From a virus (lineage: Duplodnaviria > Caudoviricetes), in the IMG/VR virus record IMGVR_UViG_3300028638_000411, positions 1 to 56,473 of that record: a stretch of 56,473 nt of DNA; one strand, 5' to 3'. The notes beneath the pieces were generated by a model. That model saw only the letters and a list, made by a program, of their open reading frames with translations, was not told the DNA's origin and searched no databases. Of the stretch, positions 1-9,692 are shown in pieces (positions within the stretch are counted from its first letter, which is position 1; every line of letters starts with the position of its first letter). Both the position numbers and the translations under genes were made by a program.

Positions 1-114
1 ATCCTTTCAGATCCTCCTGTAAACATGTTCAAACTAGACTAAGTCTACAAGAAGTTTTGATGAAGTGGTCTACTTTTTTTCCATCACTGGAAGCTGTTTT
101 GGTACACTTTTATC

Positions 115-495
115 TTAGCATTCACATTCGGGGTTTCCATCCTCATTGAGGTCGACCTTGACATGCTGGTAATAGTTTTCTCCCAGCGATGCCTCAATGG
201 CGAAGACTTGGATGGCCATATCTTCAATGACCTGGCTGGGTTTAGTTTCTGGTTTAAGTTCTAAAGGTACGGGGGCCGATGAAGCTTCCACTTCGGCTGA
301 TCCTGAAGCCGCCTCAACGGTAACTTCGGTCACCCCTTTCTCTGCCACCCCACTTTGACCGCAGCCAAAAAGAATCAGCCCGATGGTGACGACCAGCACA
401 AGCAGTAAAAGGAGGCGGTGTTGGGGGTTGGGTGACCATCGGCTAAAACTGGTTTTTGGATTTTTTTCTTGAAAGTCCTTGTGGTATGGAATCAA
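115..495 (-). CDS. Putative lipoprotein (host), possibly C-terminally truncated
   Basis: Hydrophobic signal ending in lipobox-like LILFG-C, followed by an Ala/Glu/Pro-rich linker; overlaps the corA stop. Confidence 0.55.
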   Translation of the reverse strand: MIPYHKDFQEKNPKTSFSRWSPNPQHRLLLLLVLVVTIGLILFGCGQSGVAEKGVTEVTVEAASGSAEVEASSAPVPLELKPETKPSQVIEDMAIQVFAIEASLGENYYQHVKVDLNEDGNPECEC

Positions 496-1538
496 AGCCA
501 GGTTCTCCTTTTAAAGTAACGAATCATATAGACGGTGAGGGCGATGGTAATCAGCCAAAACACCGGATAGGCATAAGGCATCTTCAGTTCGGGCATAAAC
601 TCAAAGTTCATTCCGTAGACCCCGGTCAAAAACGTGAGCGGGATAAAAATTGTCGCAAAGACGGTCAGGGTGGCCATTATTTCATTGAGCCGATTGTCGT
701 TCATGGTCAGCATAATTTCGATCAAGCTGGTGATCCCTTCGCGAAAATAAAGGGCGTAGTCCTCGAGGCTCCTCAGGTGCTCATAGAGCTCGCGCATATA
801 GACCGACTGGGATTCCTGACGGTCCATCATCCGGTTTTCGAGGGCGTCGTGGAGGTTGTTGGCCGCATTTCTGACGGTGAACAGCGTCTTCCTGAAGTAG
901 TGCAGGTCGCTGAGGCGGTCAGTCATGCGACTTGTCAAAATCATTTCCTCGAGGAGCTCGTAGCGCGCTTCCATCTCCATCATGACATGATAATACTCAT
1001 CAATGATGCTGTCCAGCAATAAATAGACGAAGTATTCCGGGTCCATGGTTTCATCCGCTTCGCGGTAACGCTTGAGCACGTGGTTCACCAAGGCATCCGC
1101 GTTGTCCGTCATGGTCAGGATGGCTTCCTTGGTTTGAATCAGCGTCAGCTGGCCGGTGGAGAGATGCATTTTGGCTTTTTTTAGCCGTTCAGCCAAGTCA
1201 GTCTCATCTACGGGCTCATCCACACCACTGAACTTAGGCTCATCCAGCATCAGCACCCGGGCAATGATCCCCTCGCTCTGGTGGTCAAAGAAGTACTGAG
1301 AATGCTGGCCACTCTCGACCTTGTCAAGCAGGACATCCAACTGCAGCCCCAGCTGGGCCGCGATGGACGACCAATCATGCTCCGATATCTGACCTCGAAC
1401 ATCGATCCAGTTGACATCATCCAGTGGCGCGTCCTCCGGGAGCAGGCGCCACTGGCCATTATGGTAGCCTCTGTAATAGACCTCACCTTGATGCTCGCTT
1501 TCGTTGATAAAGCTGCGGTTGAGTTTTTCCATGGTCAT
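492..1538 (-). CDS. corA: CorA-family Mg2+/Co2+ transporter
   Basis: C-terminal TM pair with YGMNF signature and MPEL loop; 348 aa. Confidence 0.92.
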   Translation of the reverse strand: MTMEKLNRSFINESEHQGEVYYRGYHNGQWRLLPEDAPLDDVNWIDVRGQISEHDWSSIAAQLGLQLDVLLDKVESGQHSQYFFDHQSEGIIARVLMLDEPKFSGVDEPVDETDLAERLKKAKMHLSTGQLTLIQTKEAILTMTDNADALVNHVLKRYREADETMDPEYFVYLLLDSIIDEYYHVMMEMEARYELLEEMILTSRMTDRLSDLHYFRKTLFTVRNAANNLHDALENRMMDRQESQSVYMRELYEHLRSLEDYALYFREGITSLIEIMLTMNDNRLNEIMATLTVFATIFIPLTFLTGVYGMNFEFMPELKMPYAYPVFWLITIALTVYMIRYFKRRTWL

Positions 1539-1637
1539 CCCTCATTTCAGGGTTATTTTCTTATAGGTGAGCAAGCACTCCGACGCGAAAGCTGCGCAGG
1601 GCGAAGCAACAACGCTGGGCGAAGCTTTTCAGACGCT

Positions 1638-2624
1638 TCAGTAGGCGCCCCAGTATCTGTACCCTTCCAGGTTCTTGATAAGCCCCCCGTTGTCCCCGCG
1701 GAACCAGTACAGAACCTCACCTTCCGCGCCGCGCCAATAAAGCGCGAGCTCCGGTGTTGAACCAAAATCCGCCAGCCACCCGACTATGAAATTCTCAGGG
1801 TGGACTTCGCCGCCGTCATCTACTCGCCAGCTGTAGAGATCCAGCTCCTTGACGTAATTCGCAGGAAAATAAGCATACCAGAGAGCGTCCTCTGGATCCC
1901 GCAGCACCAGCGTCAGCAAGGCCTGATCCGCTTGTGGTTCGAACTGAGCCAGATAAATCCCGGCGCCATTTTCTGCGTCATACAGATGCCAGAAGTGCTT
2001 CATGACCATCTTTTTTTCAGCTTCAATCTTTTTTAGAAGTGCCTGGTCCGCACTTGGCATTCCCACTTTAGTCAACTTGTGGAAGGTTCTGTTGGCCACA
2101 AAGGGTGCCGTCATCAGGGTGACGCTGTCATTTTCCGGAATCTTACCGTTAGCTAGCCTATAAACCGCGCCGTAGCGCTGCTTGAAGTTGGAGGAGATAT
2201 CCATGACGGTGTCGTTGGGACCCGGCGGTTGAATGCCCTCGTACTTGATCTCCGTCACTGCGCCACCCGGCAGCGTCAGGCTCGTGTACGCCTCGGGACT
2301 CAGGGTTTTCGGATCGCTCAGCATCAAAGCAAAAATCCCCTGCTCGTCGCCATATCCAAATTGAGGGTTGTCTTTAGGATCATGGATCAGCTGAGCTTCC
2401 GGCACTTCAGCAACTCCTTCCGCCGATGGTTCCTCAACCACCACCGGCGGCAAAGGCTCAACCGGTTCAGCAGGCGTCTCAGGTTTTTGACAGCCCGTCA
2501 CCGTCATGGCCAGAGCGATCAGCAAAATTAGAAGTGTTGGTATCAGTGGACTTGAGGTTCGTCTCTTGACGTGGCGACTGTTATTATATTTTGTCGACTG
2601 GGCGGAATTTTTTTGAACTTCCAT
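1638..2624 (-). CDS. Putative lipoprotein, unknown function (host)
   Basis: AAGGAGG RBS; signal peptide with lipobox MTVTG-C; Pro/Glu linker. Confidence 0.75.
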   Translation of the reverse strand: MEVQKNSAQSTKYNNSRHVKRRTSSPLIPTLLILLIALAMTVTGCQKPETPAEPVEPLPPVVVEEPSAEGVAEVPEAQLIHDPKDNPQFGYGDEQGIFALMLSDPKTLSPEAYTSLTLPGGAVTEIKYEGIQPPGPNDTVMDISSNFKQRYGAVYRLANGKIPENDSVTLMTAPFVANRTFHKLTKVGMPSADQALLKKIEAEKKMVMKHFWHLYDAENGAGIYLAQFEPQADQALLTLVLRDPEDALWYAYFPANYVKELDLYSWRVDDGGEVHPENFIVGWLADFGSTPELALYWRGAEGEVLYWFRGDNGGLIKNLEGYRYWGAY

Positions 2625-2798
2625 GGGCTCGCCTCCTTATTTTTGCGGTGATTCATTTCTGCTTGTCGAAGGTCAGAATCTGCTAATAATCACTTAGCAC
2701 CATTATACGCTGAGTTTGAGGCTGTGACAAATCTACTGAGATGGAAAACGGTTTTTGAAAAAAAGGTCAAAAAATCTTAAAGCATTTGAAAATACCCG

Positions 2799-2826
2799 TT
2801 GACAGATCCTGTGATCTTGGTAAAAT
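2799..2826 (+). promoter_or_regulatory. Sigma-A promoter of tRNA-Ala
   Basis: TTGACA (2799-2804), 16 nt spacer ending in TGG, TAAAAT (2821-2826). Confidence 0.8.
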
Positions 2827-2843
2827 AAGTTTTAGGCAGACTT

Positions 2844-2918
2844 GGGGGTATAACTCAGCGGGAGAGTGTCACGCTGGCAGCGTGAAAGTCAGGGGTTCAA
2901 ATCCCCTTACCTCCACCA
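2844..2918 (+). tRNA. tRNA-Ala (GGC)
   Basis: Acceptor stem GGGGGTA/TACCTCC with the G3:U70 Ala determinant; anticodon arm TCACG-CTGGCAG-CGTGA; T-loop GTTCAAATC; encoded CCA. Confidence 0.97.
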
Positions 2919-2925
2919 CATCCGT

Positions 2926-2971
2926 AAACACCTATTGATATGATTTACATATCGGTAGGTGTTTTTATTTT
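2926..2971 (+). terminator. Intrinsic terminator after tRNA
   Basis: AAACACCTATTGATATG/CATATCGGTAGGTGTTT stem followed by a T-rich tract. Confidence 0.8.
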
Positions 2972-3096
2972 GCCCTCAAACCTTTGAAACAAGCGGCCTG
3001 CGGGGTTTCTCGCAAGAACGCTTGTTTCATTATTATTGCATTATAATGCCATATATGGCTTAATAAACCTATTTTAGTGTAATTTACATAAATTTA

Positions 3097-3170
3097 AATC
3101 GTTGAACATTTGAGCCGTGGGGTGCATTTTCAGAGCAATCGTTGAACATTAGAACCAATCGTTGAACAAT
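3097..3170 (+). repeat. Three direct repeats AATCGTTGAACA(T/A)T
   Basis: Copies at 3097-3110, 3137-3150 and 3157-3170 (40 and 20 bp apart). Confidence 0.9.
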
Positions 3171-3373
3171 TGATTTTAGGGTGATTCCAGTGATTAAGTT
3201 CATTTCTTATGACATTATTTAGCATTTTATTCCATAAAATCGTTTGCATCCCAAGTATTTTCGATATCATTATTTTACATACAATATTAGCAGACTCTTA
3301 CTTAAAAATTATATGTATCACCATCTACGTTAATAGTTATCACATTCGCCTGACTATTATTTAAACACGATTT

Positions 3374-5719
3374 CTATAAACAATACTTTCCAGGATAATA
3401 GATTTCCAATGAGCGAATCAAATCATCGCCATTAATTGTTTTAACTCCTGTTATTCGAGCTTCGTCGTAGCCTTCGGATGTAAAATCAGAAGTAGTAATT
3501 ACCCAAGCTTTTTTTGCTCCTCGGCTTCGCATATAGCTATCCACTCTCTGTATAGGCGTGGAACCAATATTATTTCCTTTTCGATACCGCTTACATTGGA
3601 TAAGTTCGAGCTCACCTTCGGCATTAGTAGATAACACGTCGACACCTCTATCACACGAGCAACCTATAACATTAGCTTTTAAATAACCGCGTTTTCTAAA
3701 AAAATCGGCAATAAGTTTTTCAAAATCTGATGGATCCATTGTCCGAATGGCAATACGTCCTGGATCAATTAAAATTTCACTTATGTCTTTTGCAAAAAAT
3801 TTGTTTTGTTCTTCATCCACTTCAGCATATTGCAAAAGCAAATCTGGAACAAGCCTATTTGCACGATGAAGAGCATCAATTATTTTTTTGCTGCCATTAT
3901 CCATGAATGATGCCAAATGAATTATATAGTCTTCAAATGTAAAGCCTTTACCCTCTGCACATAATTCCTCAATTACAATTGGTACAAATTCACGAAGACG
4001 TACTTCTGCATCCATATCACTATTCAAGCGACTATATGGTGATAAATCAAGTAATCGATATTGGGCATAATCTTTAACGCAAAATCTAGTAAGAGTATCC
4101 TCAATTTTTTTCTGATAGGATGGACCAAGTAACTTAGTCATTCCCGCTGAAATCGCCTTATTTCTAAACTCTTGATTAAACCGTTCAAATACAAAGGGTT
4201 GGCCAACGTTATCTGATGCAGATAGCGCAGATCGATAAACTAACTCATCAACATCTATGTCGCCCTCATACCAACGGCATTCTTTATCTGCAAGCTTCAA
4301 AAAAATAAAACAAATATCTTTCGAGAAAGTCCAAGCTGCAGATGATAGCATCCTCATTGATGGATCAATATTATTTAATGGTTGTGATACCAAAGGTTCA
4401 AGTGAATTTTTTCTCGCAAAATGTTTAAGCTTGTTAAGATCACTTATCCAATCACTTTGCTCTGGTCGAAAATACAAAACCAAATATCCATGTGTCTTAA
4501 TTACACGGGAACATTCGCGGAATAAAGTTTCAATGTCTATAAGAAATTGAGATTTTGTTGCTTTATCTATTCGTATTGGAGCGTTACTTCGTACTACCTC
4601 TTTTATTAATCGCTCTCTATCATTTATTAAAGAAAAATTCATAAATGGGTGCACTCTTTGAGCATGCTCAAAATATTGAGCACTGTCACCATAAGGCGGA
4701 TCAGTTAAAACCAGATCTATTTCCTTCGATCCTATTGTGTTTAAAAAGTCACGAAAATCTTTACAGGATAATTCCACTTTATTATTATCATGCTTTTGGT
4801 TTAAAATATAAGACAATCTGCTTTTAAGTTTCTCTATATAGCTAAAATAGAGATTCGGTTCCTTTAACCTGTTTGGCGGACAATGATTATCTTGACTTTT
4901 ACTGCGATAATCATGATATTTTCCAAGATGAATTATTGATAAAAAAGTATCTTCAAAAAATGGTTTTACCTCTTCATCTAGTAATTGAATTGCATCTCTG
5001 ATTGTAACCAACGCAACACGTTGGCGATGAGAGAATAAATTTTCGAAGATAATGAAATCAGGAGCTGTGAAATTTAATCTTGAATTTTCGATTATTTCAG
5101 CATTTGGAAAATCAACAACTATAGTATCGACTTTTGTTTTAACCGCGAGATCAAAACTGTCAAAGAATTTTTCTTTTACCCCGCAAGCGCATTTATACTT
5201 TCCTCTGAATATTATATTCTCAGTATTAGGCCCCATGCGCTCATGATAAGTTGGCTGGAAATACTCTTCTGGATCACGATCAAAAAATAAACCTTCAAAC
5301 ATGAATTCCCTGCCACAAGCTGGGCAGCGTGTTTTATAAATTTCATTCATAATTGGTTCAACTGTTTCAGAAAATCTAGTCATTTCCTTAAAAATTTTAT
5401 CGATTTTAGGTAACTCACGGAATGGCGATGTGGACAAGCGAAACGCATACGGTTCCCACTCATTAATTTTCACATTTCTACCTGCATCAAGCGCAGCATA
5501 AGCAAATGTGCCCGAACCCGAAAATGGATCACAAACCACACCTTTGTATTCTGACAAATTTTCAATAATAATTCGAGCAATATTTCTATCTTTTCTTCCT
5601 ATAAACGGAAATGTTTGCTCTTTTTGATTTTTCTGATTTACTGCTGGTAATGCTGATTGAAGACTTATTATCGTCTGCCTCACTTCCTCTTGTTTCTCAT
5701 AATCCAACAACCAATACAT
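3374..5719 (-). CDS. Amino-DNA methyltransferase fused to C-terminal Mrr-type restriction endonuclease
   Basis: Motif I DPFSGSGT, motif IV LTDPPY; C-terminal FEKLIADFF..DRGVDV..IQCKRY (Mrr_cat D-x-QxK). Confidence 0.85.
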   Translation of the reverse strand: MYWLLDYEKQEEVRQTIISLQSALPAVNQKNQKEQTFPFIGRKDRNIARIIIENLSEYKGVVCDPFSGSGTFAYAALDAGRNVKINEWEPYAFRLSTSPFRELPKIDKIFKEMTRFSETVEPIMNEIYKTRCPACGREFMFEGLFFDRDPEEYFQPTYHERMGPNTENIIFRGKYKCACGVKEKFFDSFDLAVKTKVDTIVVDFPNAEIIENSRLNFTAPDFIIFENLFSHRQRVALVTIRDAIQLLDEEVKPFFEDTFLSIIHLGKYHDYRSKSQDNHCPPNRLKEPNLYFSYIEKLKSRLSYILNQKHDNNKVELSCKDFRDFLNTIGSKEIDLVLTDPPYGDSAQYFEHAQRVHPFMNFSLINDRERLIKEVVRSNAPIRIDKATKSQFLIDIETLFRECSRVIKTHGYLVLYFRPEQSDWISDLNKLKHFARKNSLEPLVSQPLNNIDPSMRMLSSAAWTFSKDICFIFLKLADKECRWYEGDIDVDELVYRSALSASDNVGQPFVFERFNQEFRNKAISAGMTKLLGPSYQKKIEDTLTRFCVKDYAQYRLLDLSPYSRLNSDMDAEVRLREFVPIVIEELCAEGKGFTFEDYIIHLASFMDNGSKKIIDALHRANRLVPDLLLQYAEVDEEQNKFFAKDISEILIDPGRIAIRTMDPSDFEKLIADFFRKRGYLKANVIGCSCDRGVDVLSTNAEGELELIQCKRYRKGNNIGSTPIQRVDSYMRSRGAKKAWVITTSDFTSEGYDEARITGVKTINGDDLIRSLEIYYPGKYCL

Positions 5720-8661
5720 TATTTTTCCCTCCAGTAACCATTTTTATATTCAAAAACTGAGGATATGATATCAAGAAAGGAACGATATTTTCCAGCAAGC
5801 AATCCAAGATAGCCTTTTTCAACAGCATCCATTAGCATACCGTGATCATATAAATCTTGAGATGTTGTCATTTTTTTTGATGATATAATCTTTCTAGCGC
5901 ATTCAATCGCTGCTTTTTCTGCGTCAAAAATTGAACCTTCAAAAATTAAGTGGTGTTGTGTACGTTTTCGAAATACAACAACATAATTGCCGTTGAGAGT
6001 GCTCTTAGGTGACATTACTGTTTTAAACGATTTCCTTGGCGCAGCAATTGGAGCTTGTCCTTGGTAAGCAAATCCATAATGACCCATTAAGTCAAGAATA
6101 CTGCTCCATGACTTTAGATCAAAGCTATGATAAAACATAACAAAGTACCCGCCTTCTTTGACTGATATTGATGTTCGCTTTATGATACTACTGAATATGG
6201 TATTAAAATCACCAATATCTTTATTTCTGCTCGGCGCATCAGAAACTACAAGTTCGTTAATTAATTTCGTTGTTGCCTTATTGCTCCATCCCAAAATGTG
6301 GCTCCATAATTGACTATATTCCATATATGGTACTTGATCTGTATATGGTGGATCAGTTAAAACAAGATCAACAGATTGCTTAGGTAACTTTGAATACGAG
6401 ATTTTTTGTGCTGGGGATTCAGCGACTAATACACCAGGTAATTCAACAAGATCTGTAAATTTTTTCACTTTTTTGGTTTGACATGCAGAATCCAAAAACA
6501 TTAACCCACTGTAAATTGCATCCTTTTTTTGTCGTAATATTTTTATTGCATTTCTAGATGTAACGTTAATTTTGGGTATCCAATACGGCATTTGACTAGA
6601 AGCTTTCTTATCAGAGAGCTTGATTAAATTGATTGAAGAGGAAACTATCAACTCAAGTACTTGATAACCATACTGCTTCTTACGTCTTTTTAACTCTCCA
6701 ATGATAATATCAAGTACAATCAAATTTCGGTAACAGAAATACATATAAACTGTATCATTCCGACCTATAGCAATGCGTGAATTTGGGATTAGAGATACAT
6801 CAACAAGGTTATTTACTATTCGGTTTTTATATTGTAAATATTGTTCTGTAAAAGCATCTGATACATCTGATTTTTTTCTTGCAGATAATTTACCATTTAT
6901 CATTGTTTTATACCAATATGAAGTAGGGATCAATTCATTCATCCCTTCCACTTTATTAAAGTGGCATCTCTCAATAATTCGAGTTTCTCCTTCTTCTTCA
7001 AAGTAATAAAAAGAGGTGCATTTATCCGATACAGATTCAACGAAATCATCTATAAGTGATTTAATTCTCGGTAAGTCCCATGATGAGAGTGATGTATTAG
7101 CAATATTATATGCTAGTGGATTGATATCTGTACCAACTGCTCTTATTTTTAACTTGCTTGCCTCAATAAGTGTTGTTCCAGACCCCATCATTGGATCATA
7201 AACGACACCATTTTCAGGACACAACTTCCATATAATTTCTCTAACAATATTATATGGCTTTCTAGCCATATAATTATGCATTAATCCTGCAGGATTATCT
7301 GTCTCTGGCTTTGTTTTGGATAATGTTTCCAAAAGTCTGAAGACCTGCTTCTGCCCTACAACTTTTCGAGCATTTATTGGTTTACCTGTAAAAAGATACT
7401 CGTGAACGTTGGAGGTCGATGCTCTACCCTGTTTTGAATGTTTAAGAGGAATATTTATCGTGTTAACAATGTAATGCTCATTCATAACTTCGAGAATATC
7501 ATCAATTTCAACGATTGAATTAGATGAATAGCTGATTGTAAGCCAAGCTTTATTTTGTGCACATACTTTTATCATTTCCGTAAACGCTGAGAGCGCAGTT
7601 TTTCTCTTACCAAAATCAGAAACATTCCTATCCTCTCTATAACGTCCTATCGAATAGTCTTTAGTTTGAGGATTATTAGTTATTTTCGGGTAATCATATT
7701 TACATAATGTGTTAAGTATATGATAGTACCGCGAATAGTGTTCTTTGAAATATGGTGGATCAGCATATACCATTGTTGTCTCATCAAGTGGTATGCTATG
7801 CAGCAACTCAAGATAATCTATGTTATAACAATCTACACCAGGAGTTTTACAGCTTAATAATCCCTTAGAATTAAAATCATAAATAAATTGAGAAAATAAT
7901 TCAATTATTGATGTACTACGTTTTTCAATTATATTTCTATACGAATTATTTCCATTAATTTTAAGAAATTGAGCAAAATGCGTGGTAGTAGATGCAGTAT
8001 TACTCATAGCCGACATCAATGCAGTTAAAAGGACATTTTGTACTCTTTTATCCTCAACTAATTCGATGCAACCTCTAATTGCATCAATTTCACAGCATTG
8101 TTTTATACCAAAATATGCGTTAGCATAATAAGTTATAAAAAGCGCAGGGACTTCTAACATCTGTTCACCCTGTCCAGGGACCACCTTCGTAATCAATGAT
8201 GATAGACCATTAAAAATCGGATTATGACTTGCACGAGAAATCACAGAAGGTGTGTCATTACAAAAAAATTGATATTCTCTAATAGCCTCTTCCGTAACAG
8301 GCCGATCAAAAAATTGCTCTTCAGCCATTATTGCATCTTGACAAAGATCCTTAATTACGTTTGCTTGAGATCTAATTGAGTCTAGTACTTCTTCAAATTT
8401 TGTAATTGGAAGCATACATCCATTTAATATTCCCTCATTCAATATATACGAATAATATTCCAAATCGTTGCTAATTACTGAAAAATGAGGTTTGAGCGCA
8501 TAGCCAATTGTACCTGTTCCAGCAAATAAATCGACCACCGTTTCAATGTTTTTATTTTCAACTATAGGTGTACATACTTCGTTTAGAATACGCGATTTTG
8601 AGCCCATGTATTGTAATGTGTTTATCCCTAAAAAACTGGTCATATGTTTAACTCCGTTCAT
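5719..8661 (-). CDS. Tandem double DNA methyltransferase (D12/FokI-like N6A domain plus a second N6/N4 MTase domain)
   Basis: Domain 1: YMGSK, DLFAGTG, YADPPY. Domain 2: YMARKP, YDPMMGSGTT, LTDPPY. TAATG overlap with the next gene. Confidence 0.85.
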   Translation of the reverse strand: MNGVKHMTSFLGINTLQYMGSKSRILNEVCTPIVENKNIETVVDLFAGTGTIGYALKPHFSVISNDLEYYSYILNEGILNGCMLPITKFEEVLDSIRSQANVIKDLCQDAIMAEEQFFDRPVTEEAIREYQFFCNDTPSVISRASHNPIFNGLSSLITKVVPGQGEQMLEVPALFITYYANAYFGIKQCCEIDAIRGCIELVEDKRVQNVLLTALMSAMSNTASTTTHFAQFLKINGNNSYRNIIEKRSTSIIELFSQFIYDFNSKGLLSCKTPGVDCYNIDYLELLHSIPLDETTMVYADPPYFKEHYSRYYHILNTLCKYDYPKITNNPQTKDYSIGRYREDRNVSDFGKRKTALSAFTEMIKVCAQNKAWLTISYSSNSIVEIDDILEVMNEHYIVNTINIPLKHSKQGRASTSNVHEYLFTGKPINARKVVGQKQVFRLLETLSKTKPETDNPAGLMHNYMARKPYNIVREIIWKLCPENGVVYDPMMGSGTTLIEASKLKIRAVGTDINPLAYNIANTSLSSWDLPRIKSLIDDFVESVSDKCTSFYYFEEEGETRIIERCHFNKVEGMNELIPTSYWYKTMINGKLSARKKSDVSDAFTEQYLQYKNRIVNNLVDVSLIPNSRIAIGRNDTVYMYFCYRNLIVLDIIIGELKRRKKQYGYQVLELIVSSSINLIKLSDKKASSQMPYWIPKINVTSRNAIKILRQKKDAIYSGLMFLDSACQTKKVKKFTDLVELPGVLVAESPAQKISYSKLPKQSVDLVLTDPPYTDQVPYMEYSQLWSHILGWSNKATTKLINELVVSDAPSRNKDIGDFNTIFSSIIKRTSISVKEGGYFVMFYHSFDLKSWSSILDLMGHYGFAYQGQAPIAAPRKSFKTVMSPKSTLNGNYVVVFRKRTQHHLIFEGSIFDAEKAAIECARKIISSKKMTTSQDLYDHGMLMDAVEKGYLGLLAGKYRSFLDIISSVFEYKNGYWREK

Positions 8662-8674
8662 TAATCATAGTTAA

Positions 8675-8906
8675 TTACGTTAATTTTCTTTCCTTCGACT
8701 GATTCTCAGGTATTATTTCAAGAATATCTGAAATAGTATAATCCAAATCTATGCAAATTTTCTGCAAAATCTTGGTGTTGACATGCTTGCTCTTACCAAT
8801 TTTTGTAATCACCACAGAACTAATTCCAGCATTTTTTTGAAGATCTTTTTTCTTCATATTTTTTATCAAATAAGAGTTTTCAGAGTCTTTTGTAACTAAG
8901 TCCCAT
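8675..8906 (-). pseudogene. Disrupted Cro/C1-type HTH regulator
   Basis: From ATG 8906 (AAGGTG RBS) reads MGLSYKRL*KLLFDK, then a +1 shift in an A6 run to NMKKKDL...; TGA falls where homologues have W (SYKKLWKLL). Confidence 0.75.
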
Positions 8907-9308
8907 TATTTTCACCTTATCAAATAAGCTGAATCAACTTAAAAAAATTATAAAATCTGGCTTTAGCGTAACATTTTGATTCAATGCAAACAATCTAAAA
9001 TCCTAACATTCGCAAGATTTATTTTCATATATTATCGAATGATAACTACAAAAAGACATTTATTCCAAAAGAAAATAAATTGTATATTATCTTCATATTA
9101 TAAAAAATGATAAAACGCAAACCTATTAGTCCATCTATCAAACAAAATGTTATTTACTATCTAACTATCTTTACAATAGTACATATTTTAGTATTGCGAC
9201 AGCAATATGGTCTACCATTAATCAAATTCAACATTATCAGAATAAAATATCAAAGAGCATTGAATTAGCTCAATCTGAATTTCTATGGACGCAAAATATT
9301 TAGTTAAT

Positions 9309-9491
9309 TCACTTTATCGGACAAGCCCCACCAACACACTCTGAATCCTCAGATATTCCCTTTACACGATACCTCTCATCCACCAGTTCAAGTACCACAC
9401 TAACATAGGGATGCCCTTCAATTTCTCTGACATCAATACGTCTACCATCATTAGTGAATGCGTATGGGTAGTCAATAAAATCAATCTTCAA
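9309..9491 (-). CDS. 60-aa hypothetical protein ending CVGGACPIK
   Basis: TTG start with AGGGG RBS; Cys-x4-Cys tail. Confidence 0.55.
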   Translation of the reverse strand: MKIDFIDYPYAFTNDGRRIDVREIEGHPYVSVVLELVDERYRVKGISEDSECVGGACPIK

Positions 9492-9692
9492 CTTAATCTA
9501 CCCCTATTATTGTCTATTTTGAAGTGCTGTGACAACCCATTTAAATTTGTCACCGTTAGATCCTGTCTCATATTGCCAAAGATGCGGGATATCTCATCCA
9601 GGGGAGATTGTTTGGTAGCAAAGCCACGTTAGTACGCTCAAAAAGAGAAAATATTGTTATACGCAGTTAGGTTTATATTTTGTAATAAAAGG

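Noticed and set aside
456-2531. Plus-strand ORFs 456-1022, 1281-1760, 1800-2036 and 2229-2531
   Set aside because: Antisense shadows of corA and the lipoprotein gene in GC-rich DNA; no motifs.
2895-2918. tRNA 3' end as the att core
   Set aside because: No second copy was noticed in the window and the right prophage end is missing, so it cannot be supported.
3097-3170. Possible mini-CRISPR array
   Set aside because: Repeats are only 14 bp with 26 and 6 bp gaps, and there are no cas genes.
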